Assembly: GCA_025786725.1 (NCBI GenBank)
Contig: JAHLTZ010000033.1
Location: 124,001-188,000, forward strand
Source: Syncephalis fuscata S228
Taxonomy: Eukaryota; Fungi; Zoopagomycota
Direction: 5' to 3'
Length of the DNA: 64,000 nt
The notes beneath the pieces are model-generated. The model worked only from the letters and a program-made list of their open reading frames with translations. It was not told where the DNA came from and searched no databases. Positions 51,501-63,807 of the stretch are shown piece by piece. Numbering within the stretch: the first letter of the stretch is position 1; each line of letters begins with the position of its first letter. The position numbers and the translations under genes were made by a program.

Positions 51501-52650
51501 ATGCATGGTTGCACCTGCCATGGCTGTTGTAGACAAGCCAAGCTACTTTGCTGGTTCACCTATATTTGTGTCACAGGATTACGCGCGTTGGTGTTGCATA
51601 AACGGCGTCATTGTGCATGTTGGTTAGATTCACATGATTGAATCAGTATGCTATCAATTGGTTTAGCCGTATCAATAAATGTAACAATAACTGTTTACTT
51701 GCATCATATTAGCATCATATTGCGGCCAAAGATGTCATATGCTAAAGATATGGTCACCGGACTATTGTGCGTGACCAGAGCATTACATGGCATGTGTGGC
51801 ATTGTTATTGTTTCATTAATCATCACGCTCTTAATTGCTTGCAGTTAATTGGATCATACTGTGCAGCAAAGTATTTGTTCAAATGATCAGGATCAAGGCT
51901 AGAATCAAGGCCATATGGTTACACTGCAAGTGGCAATAGCCAGGGAACTTTGCTGGTTTGGAAACAATAGAATTCATGCAGAGCTAGATAGATAGAACGA
52001 CTAACTGACCTACGCATGCACTTATGATATCACATGGTGTCTTAGGTGACTCGTCTGGTATGCGGCCTGTTTTTGCGTAACTGAAAGCACATTTTGCAAT
52101 AAAGCTTCTGCTACCTAGTATATGATGTCACTATTGTTTATTCTACGGATATTCAACTTACGTCACAGCCATAGTAACGTTTAGAGCCATCATGTCATGT
52201 GCACTACAAAGTTCTAAGAAAATGGTCTAAAAGGTTTTTTAATGTTTTTGCCTTTTGTAATTGCTGTCATACCAGATACATTGCACTATTTCAAGAAAAT
52301 GGCTTGAAAAGTTTGTGCTACTACCATAGTTGGTAATTGTAATTATCCCATTCTTCTTCCCACACACTTAGAATGCTATTTATAAATTTCTACGCCATAT
52401 TCCAGGCATTATTTTCTACTTAAAGCATAGCCATATAGTTGATCGGTTTTAATTAACAATAAATAATAGCAAATATTTTTTAGCTTTCTTTCATATGTAC
52501 ATATATATGCTTATAATCATTACTACATTTCATGTTGGCATTATAATATGTGATATTAATATACGCTAACAAGTAATGGCCTACGCTTTTAACGAATAAA
52601 TATAACAAATAATTGTGTCATTAATATTCATAAATAATTGAGTCTAAAGT

Positions 52651-53217
52651 TTAGTGATTAGTATCACAGTAATCACAATGGTTACATAGTATTAGATCGC
52701 CCATTGACTCATCAAAAAAAATAAGTCGTTGACCAGGACATCTTGTCCTAATAGTAAAATAGTGTTAATTAGTAGAATAGATATAATCACTGAATTTGCT
52801 ATTACCAAGGATCATTTGTTGTATCAAGATAAGACGCTGTAGAAGATGAATGACTGTTATAACCATCATTGCTTCTTCCCAGTATTGTGATTCTTGGTCG
52901 TTTATATCATCCATTCTATCATTCTGATAATTGTCCATATCCATACTATTGCATGCTAGTTCTTGTCGCATGCTTGCCTCTGCCGATAAAGCCATTTCCA
53001 TTGCTTTGCTACCTTAGGCTGCGTCATCAGCAACACCTATTGAACGACGCAATGACCGCTATTGCTTTCTTTATTCGTTAACATCTATATATTTACCATA
53101 CCAATCATTTTATTATTAACATGTTCTATAATAATGAGTAGTTCTAGGAATAAAACGACTTTTATTCTTGATGTATTTATTCATTTACTATTAATCTGTT
53201 CTATGATGTACCGACAT
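52651..53217 (-). pseudogene. Pseudogene, possibly RPA-interacting protein (RPAIN/RIP)-like
   Basis: One frame from ATG 53217 carries 9 TAA/TAG stops before MEMALSAEASMRQEL..WEEA. The last exon reads TRCPGQRLIFFDESMGDLILCNHCDYCD (zinc-finger-like). The family call is by eye. Confidence 0.45.
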
Positions 53218-53455
53218 GTTGGGTAAATTGACTTTTATTATTCACACTCCATTTATTAATGAATTAAACTCGGCTGTTTATAAATATTGACTGACAGGCT
53301 CACATCTCACAATCTACGTCATCACATTTCCTTTTCTTTTTCTTTACACTTGATAGCATATATGCATAGCATATACTTGTACACTCCATATATACCAGCT
53401 AGATATTGTTGGTAGTTATTTGACTACTGGTCAAGTGCAAACATCTTCTACACTA

Positions 53456-53965
53456 TGTACTTGCATTACAATTTTATAGTCTGATATTTTTTATACAAAT
53501 CACCTTCATCACTTTGATCATTGGCACTAGAACCTTTATGACAGGGTAAGCGCATTTTTAGCCTGTTTTTATGTTATGTTGACTATGTGCTACGTAATCT
53601 AGTTGTATGGTTGTTTTATTATAGATTATTGCTACAAATCATCTGGCAACAGCGTGTGTAATCTTAACGTGGCAGCGTAATTTGCTACTGTCAATACTTT
53701 ATAAGCTGCTGCCAGCACGAGCTGTAGTGGCGATCTATAGTATAAACAAAGCATACAATGACTTTGGCAACTTGCTGCCACTATAAACATTGCATATAAC
53801 TGCTGTGCACGTACAACAGCAATAATAATAAAAGCGCTATTAGTATGCCTGTTGAGTAAGTTTTCAACGCTAATATGGCAGTGCGATCTGCTATTGTTGC
53901 TACTACTATGTGCACAACTGCTAACGCGATGGATTTACTAGTCATGTGCGCCGTTGTTTTCCAGT
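53456..53965 (+). pseudogene. Decayed secreted Cys-rich gene
   Basis: Hydrophobic first exon, donor GTAAGC (~53546), acceptor at ~53625, then YCYKSSGNSVCNLNVAA*FATVNTL*AAASTSCSGDL*YKQSIQ*LWQ..LLCTYNS. Confidence 0.4.
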
Positions 53966-54215
53966 GATAAAATGATATATAATAGTATGGGATAGAATAA
54001 AATTAATACATGTACTGGATATATGCATACTGGATTACAAATCTATAATGATGAGTATTTTGATAATCGATGCTAATCACCATTTGACTTTATGTTCAAT
54101 AGACTGAATGTTATTAAATTCTGTCATTTGACCACTGGATAATAGTAAATGACCAATAAATTATTTATAAAAGCTAAATTATATAGCAAGTGTGAAGTAA
54201 TACACAACATATGAC
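53965..54215 (-). repeat. Solo copy of the dispersed repeat forming the arms of the 34-kb element
   Basis: ATAAAATGATATATA..GATGAGTATTTTG..ATGTTCAATAGACTGAATGTTATTAAAT..GTCATTTGA aligns by eye with 34734-34945. Confidence 0.7.
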
Positions 54216-55203
54216 ACGTTATGAAATGCTGTTAAATAGCAATAAAGTATTAATAAAATAAAACCGATAGTGTTTAAACACGGCTAAAATGCTAAAGTAG
54301 AAGCAGGTAGTCGCAGAATTATTGTTATTAGTGGATATAGTACACTGTCCACGTATTAATTGCCTCTCCAAATGTAATAGTTGTTTGACCATATCTACTA
54401 AGATCCCATGTATGACTGTAGCATAATACGTGGTGGCCATTTTAATCCAGTAACACAACTGGCACATTCTATCAATAATCCATAAGTATACATGACGGGT
54501 TTTGTAAATGAATGTAGATCCTAGTTGCAAAGTTCTATTCAAATGGATATTCCACTTGATAGTATTCATTGTGCATGGGCATGTTGTCTCGCATGACCAA
54601 TTTGCATCACTAATAATTATTGTTTTTTATTGACTATTTGCCGACTCGGTACAACATTAGAGCATGATATAATGGCGTAATAATAATTGACTATTTATTT
54701 TGCTTGTTACAATATATCATTGTTTTTACGTAAAATAATACCATTTTTGTATAGCACTAATTCATATATTTATTATTTCTTGTCGACACTGATGCACACG
54801 CAATTTAATTCGTAAGCCAGACACAGAAAAAAGACGAAACAATAGTAGAGAAATGATGCTAATGGTGTGCGCGCCTTTACGGGCGTGTGTAGGCATAGAA
54901 ACGACTTACAAAAACCAGTAAGGCACACACGCCGAATAGCCGGTAAGCCTACTATGAATACAGTACACCAAGAGTGATAGAGTAAAGAGATAAAATAAAT
55001 GCGAAAGCAAAATGTGTCGATAAACAAGGCAATCTGATCTATGATACAGAAGAAGGCGAGGGAGACAGAGTGTGGCAATTACGTATGCATACACGTACAG
55101 CTATTATTACCACTTTACAGTTTACTCAATAAAGTAGCTGTTAGCAAAAGCGATAATAACTGTGGCAGCATCGTCGTTGTTATCCCTCACTGGATACGCC
55201 AAA

Positions 55204-55812
55204 TTAAGCCTTCTTGGCAGCGGCGGCCTTCTTTGGCGCAGCCTTCTTGGTCGCTGTCTTTGTGGCGGCCTTCTTAGTACCAGTGACGGCCTTCTTGGCA
55301 GCAGCTGGCTTCTTAGCTGTAGCTGTAGCCTTTGGCTTAGCGGCAGCCTTCTTAGCTGCGGTCGTTGGCTTCTTGGCTGTTGGCTTCTTGACAGTAGCCT
55401 TCTTGGGCGTGGTCTTCTTAGCATCAGTGGATGCCTTCTTTGGTGCAGCCTTCTTAGCTGCTGGCTTAGCAGCCTTCTTTACAGCAGGCTTCTTCTCGCC
55501 TTCGGCCTTTGACTTTTTAACAAGCTTAATTGGACCGGATGGACCTTTAGGCTGGGCAAAGTCATTCTTATCAACACCGCGCTTAATAGCAACGTTGATC
55601 AAACTATCAACGCTACCGTTGAGGCCTGGATAGTTGGCGTGGATATACTTTTTGATGGCATGACGGGATGAACCCATACGTTCCTTCAAGTTAGTGATGG
55701 CCTCGGTAATCATATCCTTGTAGGATGGATGTTCAGTGGATGCGGCACGCTTCTTAGTAGCGGCGGCCTTGGCCTTAGTGGCAGTAGTGGTGGTGGCGGT
55801 AGCGGCAGACAT
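55204..55812 (-). CDS. HHO1: Linker histone H1
   Basis: Globular domain HPSYKDMITEAITNLKERMGSSRHAIKKYI..FAQPKGPSGPIKL and a Lys/Ala/Pro-rich tail; probable 5'-UTR intron at 55916-55817. Confidence 0.96.
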   Translation of the reverse strand: MSAATATTTTATKAKAAATKKRAASTEHPSYKDMITEAITNLKERMGSSRHAIKKYIHANYPGLNGSVDSLINVAIKRGVDKNDFAQPKGPSGPIKLVKKSKAEGEKKPAVKKAAKPAAKKAAPKKASTDAKKTTPKKATVKKPTAKKPTTAAKKAAAKPKATATAKKPAAAKKAVTGTKKAATKTATKKAAPKKAAAAKKA

Positions 55813-56604
55813 GTTGCTACAAAAGTCAATTAACAATACAGCCACAACAACAGGGTAAGTATATTGCCAAGCAATAATGCTTTATCATCTGATAAGTTAG
55901 TAGAACGGCTACCTACCTGGTTAGTAGTAGTAGTGGTAGAGTAGAACTGGTATTCGGAACCTAGACTGAAATAGATCACCAAAGGTGAAGAGACAGGTAG
56001 TGATGACAAACGAGACCGACAAACGTGTGTACGCAAACTATGGTAGGTGTGAAAATGAAGCAGTAGTCCTTGCATTGGCAAGCGTACAGCCTAGCTTTAT
56101 ACTGTGTTAGAATCACCTTGTACATTTCGATTTCACAGTGAAGGTCATGAGGCCATCTGACCAGTGATTGGTGCAAATCAGTGCTGAATCGAAATCCTTT
56201 GTTTTGATTTCAATTGTCCCCATTATTGTAATTATCGTTTGTAAAGATCGCGTTCTACTTGTATTGCTGAAATGGCCATTATAATAAAAAGTATTTATTT
56301 TATTGTCAAATATTCAGACTATGTCTTTTGAGGATTAAAATGTTATGTTTGTTAGTAATTGTCAGCTTTAATTTATTATTAAATTGTCAAATCATGTTAT
56401 GTGATATTTAATGTATATGATGCACTATTGGCAATATTAATAATAAAACATAACAACAACAACTCTGATTATTGAGACGTTTATGTATAGTACAAGAGTA
56501 CGAGTTCAGACTGAAAATAGCAATAATAATAATAATGATGGTTCAAGTTATTTGCAAAAAATATCCGATAGAAAAGTAAAGTGTTGTTACGTCGAGAAAA
56601 TAAC

Positions 56605-59600
56605 TTAGTCTTTGTCGGACCAGCGGTTTACATAAAGCAAATACGGTTCTTGAACACCAAAGGTAGTTGTACGATTACGCATACTACGTCGATTCGTCTC
56701 TTGTTGTAGTGCTTGCTTTTGCTCCTCCTGTAAATCATTGTACATTGAGTAAACACCGGGTTGTACTATTTTTGCCTGTTGCACTTACCTCTTGCTGATT
56801 GTGTGTCTCCATATTTTCGATAATTGTTTCTCTGTGCTTGTCGAGTACACGACGCAGTGCCATTTCTCGTTCACCTCGTACATCTAAGCCGGCTCTTAGT
56901 TGATCCAGCTAATTTAGCGTTGATTAATTAGACTATTGTTACTTAAATCGTTACATTAAAACAGCTTACCTGCTCTGGTTGATTGATGTACAGCCAGCGA
57001 TCGGCATGTTGTGTCGTCCACATGTGTGTCCATAAAGCTTTGATATAGCTAGAGCTATGTTTAAGTAGTTCACGTTCATCCTCCATTGGCGGTTGAATAT
57101 ATAAACGTTCACCTGTATTGGCATCGTCGTAACTGGCCATGCTGCTCACGAACCAGTAGCGTCGATACCAACGATCGTAGCCCAGTGGAGTAGCCCGTAC
57201 AGCCAGACACCGACTAATAGCACGATCAAGTTGTTCACGCTTTATTTATACAGTTAATTGCGTGCCAATTTTAAACTGTTTATATTACTTACTTTACGAT
57301 TAAGTGTACGCTCTTCATCGTCTAATTTACGACGAAGACGTTGCTCTTCTCGTGCCTTGTCGTATTCTTTCTGGCGCTGTGCTTCTTTTATTTCACGCTC
57401 CAAATTCTTTACTTTTAGTCTGGCTTGACGTGCTGTTAATCCACTGCCACTACCACTGCCTCTACAAAAATATACATGATATTAATTAAAATTTAATGGC
57501 TATTTTACCCTGTATTTACTTACGCGTCATCACTTTCGTGTGCAGTATCGTGTGAAACTGATAAAGGTGTTCCTTCACGATCTCCATTGGCCGATGCTGC
57601 ATCGCTATCTGTACCTGCTTGTATATTAACTTCCAAACGCTGAGCCAGTCTATAAATATTTAATAAGCAACTTTTGCGTATATTATTATTATTGGCATTA
57701 CTAATCCACTTACAGTCGTTTCAATTCACGGCTAACATCCACTCGTTCTTTGCGGAGTTCTGCTACCTTCTCGGCTGCTGTATCCATTCCATTACTGTGT
57801 GTTATTGTATAAATCAGTGATTTCTATAGTCTACATTCGTTGCGCTTACCGAATCACCGTTCCATCAACAATAAGATCTGTAAACCAACAATAAATAGCC
57901 AGTTTTTGATCCGGCTTAAGTGTCACGTAATTTTCTGCCAAATCTTCACATGACGTGCCAGTTTCTGTTAGATGTTTAACGATAGTAGTGTATCCAGGCA
58001 ACGAATCTTCATTTGCAAGCTAGTAAATTACAATACGTTAATTTATACCAACGTTGCAATTACTACGTACCTCATGCATGCAGCCTAGTAGTCGTGCCTC
58101 CCAGTATAATTCTTCACTTGCATCTTGCCACCATTGCACGCTCTTCTTATGTAATTCTAAACTATCCAGTGGATCTTCAAGTATTTTATCTGTATCCATA
58201 GAATCATCATCCTCGTTATTTGTATTTTTATTACGAGTGGATTTCTTCTTATTTGAATCTCCATATGTGGAGTCATCATCCTCTTCATCATCCTCTTCTT
58301 CATTGTCATCATCGTCGTCGTCGTCATCGTTGTCGTCCTCTTCGCTAGATTCATCTTCTGAATCTTCAAGTCTCGACTTGAGTTCTTCTCTATCTTGAGC
58401 GGCACAGCGCAACAAAGTTGCATATGTTGCCGCCGTTAAACTACACGGTGGATCCACCGTACTGTGCAGTATAGATTGGCGAAAATCGTTAAGTGAAAAG
58501 GGCGTCAACTTCAACGCCGTACTAGTGGCCAATCATTACTATACAGCTATTTGAATTTATTACAAAACTTACCAGAAAGTAGAGAAAAAGCCCCATGTTT
58601 CGAATGCACTAGCAAACCAGCCACTTTCGACGTTAATGGTCAGTTCTGATGTTGGCTGTGCGCTACCAACTAAAAGTAAATCCTCAATAGGATATTTAAC
58701 CTTTTCTTCTGGTACTTTATAAATGAATTAATACCAAGTGCTATATAAGTTAATCCAAAACATTACCTCGTGCTCTTTTGTCCGGTACAGTGGATGCATC
58801 TTGCATACTACGTTATCAGGTATAAACCGAGGTTCTACACGCTCCTCTGGCGTTTGTAGTGCTGGTGGTAACTGTATTACACATTAATAAGTGATATATA
58901 CGCTATTTACAACAACTTACCCGTTTCTTATTGCGCTTCTTGGCTGCTTCCTCTCGTAGAATTTGTAAGTCCATAGGAAGTTGTGATGAAATGTTATAGA
59001 TATGTGCAATTTCTGGCTACAATTTCATACAATTTGTTAATTATAGTTAATTAACTTATTATAAATTTTTGTTACCTTAACTACCCAAGGTGCATTAATA
59101 TAATTCTCTTTTACTGCTGCTTCACGAATAAACTGTCGAAGTAGTTGTTTGGTAAACGTTTGACGATTACGACTAAGATATCATATTATGTTAAAAACTA
59201 TGCTACACCTTCAACTGCATCTTACCTAAGATAAGCTCCTTCCACTACTAATTCGCCAGGATGACGACCGAATACATCAACTATCTGTATACGATATTCA
59301 ACCTCTGATGCATCTGCCAGATCCAACTCATCAGGTGGCGGTGAAGGCATTGGAACATCGTTAAGAATATGCTGTAGACTAGTACGTGGTCTACGTGGAA
59401 GCACTTGAGTTACACGCACTGCATACGGTAGGCCATCATCTGCTTGATAGTTTAGCGGTTCATCTATGAAAAAGCGATTTTGTAGCTTATGAAATGCCTC
59501 ATCCACCAACGCATCAATACGCGACGTTTGAAACTGGACCAGCTTAAGCACGGCGCGACGCAGTCCATGCGACGGTAATCGCTCCTCTATTTCCTGTCGT

Positions 59601-59890
59601 GATCGTTGCTCTGAAGCAAGTGCCTCTTCATACGTAAGGTTCTGCCGGCCTGTATGTTCGCACTGCCAAATCGGTTTACGATAAAATTGATAACGTGCCA
59701 GATAATCACTAAATAGTGTGATAGTGTTAATTATTACACATTTATTGCTGCACTAACTATGCCAGACTTACTCGTACGAACGAAACACTTCGCCTGTAAA
59801 TCGAATCATCCAACACGGCTGGTCAGATTCTTCGTGCTGATAATTCGGCAACGATACCAGTGTCACTCGCTTTCGCCTAAATAGCGGCAT
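56605..59890 (-). CDS. ITC1: ISWI accessory subunit Itc1/ACF1-like (WAC, DDT, WHIM domains), ~13 exons
   Basis: MPLFRRK..WMIRFTGEVFRSYE|DYLARYQFYRKPIWQCEHTG..LTYEEAL (WAC); KYPIEDL, WGFFSTF..LTPFSLNDF (DDT); PLGYDRWYRRYW and LDVRGERE (WHIM/WSD); stop at 56607-56605. Confidence 0.92.
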
Positions 59891-62309
59891 GGCTTACTGA
59901 TTGGCTTTTACTGTTTAGCCGCGATGCTAAAAGTATATACTAGTGTTGTGCGCTAGAGCAATAAACTAGAACAAGATTGTTTATAATGATCAATAGATTA
60001 GACCAATCTTACGCGCCTGCCAGCTGAAGTTCCACTATTGCTATTGCCGTTTATTACGAGTCCAGTAGTTGAATGGATTCACACCAAAGGTGTTTTATAA
60101 AAGACGCGACAATACTGGTAACAAAGATTGGCACCAGTCGAATAAAGGGTAACGACAGTAACAACAACAACAACAATAATAATAATAATAGCAATATGAA
60201 AAGAATAGGAAAAGGAAAGGGGGAAGCTAAGGTAGGCAACGGAAGGTTGCGATTGTTGCAGCGGCCCTGAAGTAGGCTCATTTTTTTCAAGCATCTTTAT
60301 TGGTTTTCACGACCATGCCACAAACAAATGTATACTTGTCGGCCTGCCCTCCCCGTCTGCTTGCTTTTCATTCGTCCACCGCTAAAACAGCAGCTGCAGC
60401 ATCAGCATCATCATCATTATTTCTCGGCCCACGCCTGTTCAGCATTACACACTTGTGTCAGATCGATGCAACCAATTGGGAATAGCGCAAGCGGTAATCT
60501 TGTAGTGGCGACTCCGCTTCTGTATAAGAACCAAGATTGTCTGTGGCTGGTATTTTCCCTTTTCATAGTTTTAAACCATTAGCGCAATCTAAAACTGTAT
60601 TTGGACAAAAGTGGATCCAAGGAAAAGTGAGGTGAAGTGTAAAAATGATGTGGCGGAGTACGTGACGCTGTGAAATCTTAAAATAAATTCTGATTGGCCA
60701 ACACAAGTCACTCGGCATGCGAGGGAGAAAGGGGAAAGGTCCGCGCACCACCAAATGGCCATGCTGTCAAAAGCATTTTTGCTCGTATATTGATTGCATT
60801 CCTAATATACCGTTTTCTCAATAGATATAGACTTGTTGGCACTTGATCGATAGCTTGGAAAAAGGGCTATCTGATGGAATTGTTTTTGAGATAATAAAAA
60901 ATGGGCAAAAAACAATTTGTGTAGCTATTAACAACAGTACAATTGTATTTTTTTATTAATATGACGTTCACATTTGTACATAATAAAAATAAATAAATCA
61001 AGAATTAATAACAACCTATTATATTTCTAAACACATCTAAAGAACAGAGGCCAAAACTTGGACTAAATAAATAGCGAAACTAAGATAGATATTAGTAGCA
61101 ATTATGTGATAATTAAAGTAATTAATGATTATTTAATAAACTAAATATTCATGTTAAAAACAGAGACGTTGCTATTGAAGTCAGCCAAAATGCCATTTAA
61201 ATGTATTATATATAAAAAAATAGCCATAGTTAATTTAGCTTAATGTAGCTTGGTTAAGCAACTATTGGTTAGTTGTATATTGCTGTCGTATAGGTAGATA
61301 CTTGTTTTGAATGCAGTCTAATGATAAGTGTCATATCAATAAATACTAGTACAAGTTATCACGCTAGATGAAATTATTGGTAAAATATAAACTTTGGGCA
61401 ACGTATATAACTATAGAACTGCATATGGATTTTTATTATAAAATGATCATAGTGTGCATTGATAGCTACTCGAGCATAGGGGCTAAGTATATATATATAT
61501 TATCACTATAATTGTAGATATTATTGAACATGGAACTACGTCGTTGCTAATATTTTATAGTAAAGCAATAATCAGCCAATTTTAACCATTATAACATTAC
61601 TTATAGTATGCTAGAATATAGATATTACCAAAGAAATGAGTCAGAAACGTAAAATAATATCAATCCACCTACATAGCCAAGTTTACAAGTACTGCTGATA
61701 AAGTATATTATACATGCACATGACCAAGTAAGCCTGATTGAAATATACAAACAATATAGTTAGTAATAAAAACATAAGCTTTACTAATAATATACAGAAT
61801 ATTATATAATGGGATAAATGAACAAAGATAATACAGGAATAATGGCAAAGCTATAGTATATACGAATAATATTATAATATAAATCAAACAGACAAATGAA
61901 GTATTGCATCTAGAAAAATTATAAGTATAATAATTATTAACAAGTAAATAACTATTACATTGATATGTGCTATTAATATTTTTATAGCAAATATCGTAGC
62001 CAAGTACAGCTATTTTATGATACAAAATTTTTAATAACATATAAAGAACACCGTCATTATTTTAAATTTATAAACTAAAGCCGTATTTGGTTAAGAAATA
62101 TTGCTAAGAAGATTGGTAGAATACCGCGTCAACCGCTACTAGTCATAGGCCAGATAAAAGTACTGCTGAGTTAGATTGTTTAAGTAGTGGAGGAGAATAA
62201 AGAAAAGGAAAGAAAGATGCAATGTAGATTATATGCTGTGCAGTTGATAAAGTATTCTTTATAATACGGAACCAAAAGGGATAATGTAATAGGAATAACA
62301 GATTAATAT

Positions 62310-62750
62310 GGTTTGAATGTAAAATGACTAACATCTAATAACACTTAATCTATTGAACATGATGATGAATGGTGGATGGTGAATGACATTAGAGTTTAAA
62401 ATACTCATCATTGTAGATTCTTTATCCAGTATGCATATATCCTCTAGCCATTCATACTATTTTATTGTTTACCCACACAAGCTGAAATTTATTAATAACA
62501 AGATTTAGTAGCAAACGAGCAATGTTTTTGGATAAAAAAGACAAAGTAAGTATAAGATATAGTGAGTATACAACATGGATAGCACGGATAGCAGAGTTGA
62601 AGTTATAATACATATGGCACAATGAATAAAATGAGTGAAACATATAAAAGCATGGAAATAAAACGTAGTTGCTATGCCATAGAATGATATATGTAGATGG
62701 AGAATATATGCGTACTGGATAATAGATTAAGGACGATTAGTCATATCTAC
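62310..62750. mobile_element. Second, internally deleted copy of the fold-back/MITE-like family
   Basis: AAATGACTAACATCTAATAACACTTAATCTATTGAACATGATGATG at ~62322. An inverted partial arm at 62560-62746 (GTTGAAGTTATA, TGAAACATATAAA, AGAATGATATA, TTAGTCAT) matches 34640-34900. Confidence 0.65.
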
Positions 62751-62844
62751 GCAGGGGATCATCCCTCCATTGAGTAAAACAAATTGCAATAAGCAATAAG
62801 TGGTGACGTAGGACTACGCCTCGCAACCATAATTGTATTAAGCC

Positions 62845-63692
62845 ATGTTGATTGCTACAGTCAGACCTACCATCTTCTCTTTATTGCCTAAACGTACTCT
62901 TTTACGTCCATCAGTTCGACTCTTTACCACACGTAATACAGTTGTTGCTAAAATGGATATCGAATATAGCGGACACAAAGGCTATTTCGCTGAGCCAACG
63001 GAGCCGTCCGTCATCTCTCCTACGCATGGTTTGGTCATTGTCCAAGAGTGGTGGGGTATCAACCCAGCCATGAAAGCACTAGCCCAACGCTTTGCTAGTA
63101 CGGGCCTTCTTTGTCTGGTGCCAGATCTCTACGGAGGCCGAGTTGCTTCTACAGCCGATGAAGCAAAGCACCTTTTTGACGGGCTCGACTGGCCTGTTGC
63201 CGTTAAAGAAATCCACGCTGCGGCCACCTATTTACGTAGTAAAGGCTGCGGTAAAGTGGTAGTCACTGGATTCTGTATGGGTGGCGCACTTACCGCTGCA
63301 TCCGCCGTATTGAATGCTGATGTATTCGATGGAGCCGCGCCCTTCTACGGCATTCCACCTCCTACACTATGCAATCTTGAAGAAACAAAGATACCAGTGC
63401 AAGCACATTTTGGATTGCGTGATACGCATGCCGGCTTTTCCGATCCAGTGGCGGCCAATGCCTATGAGGAAAAGTTGAAGATAAGCGGCATTAGGCAAGT
63501 AATATTACAGTGATAAACTACCATAAAACTGTAGCTAATACATGATCATACGGCAATTAAACTTCTAGATATGAATTCCACCGATACGATGCAGATCATG
63601 CCTTCATGAATGAGAAACGCCCCGAAGTTTACAGTCCAGAATGTGCTCAATTGGCCTTTGAGCGAGTGGTTGATTTTGTTAAATCCATTTAA
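62845..63692 (+). CDS. Dienelactone hydrolase family protein, 2 exons (GC-AG intron 63495-63568)
   Basis: VIVQEWWGIN, PDLY, nucleophile motif GFCMGG, PFYG; second exon YEFHRYDADHAFMNE carries the catalytic His. Confidence 0.93.
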
Positions 63693-63807
63693 TAAACGCT
63701 TAGTTTTGTGAATACTAATCCATAGACAAGGCCACGCAGTCGTGTGACAGTTTTAATACGCAAAAATGTGCTAGTGCCCATTTTTATAGCCTTTTATTTT
63801 ATTAGCA

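Noticed and set aside
55122-55633. Overlapping ORFs of 100-139 aa on both strands of histone H1
   Set aside because: Shadow frames produced by repetitive Lys/Ala codons
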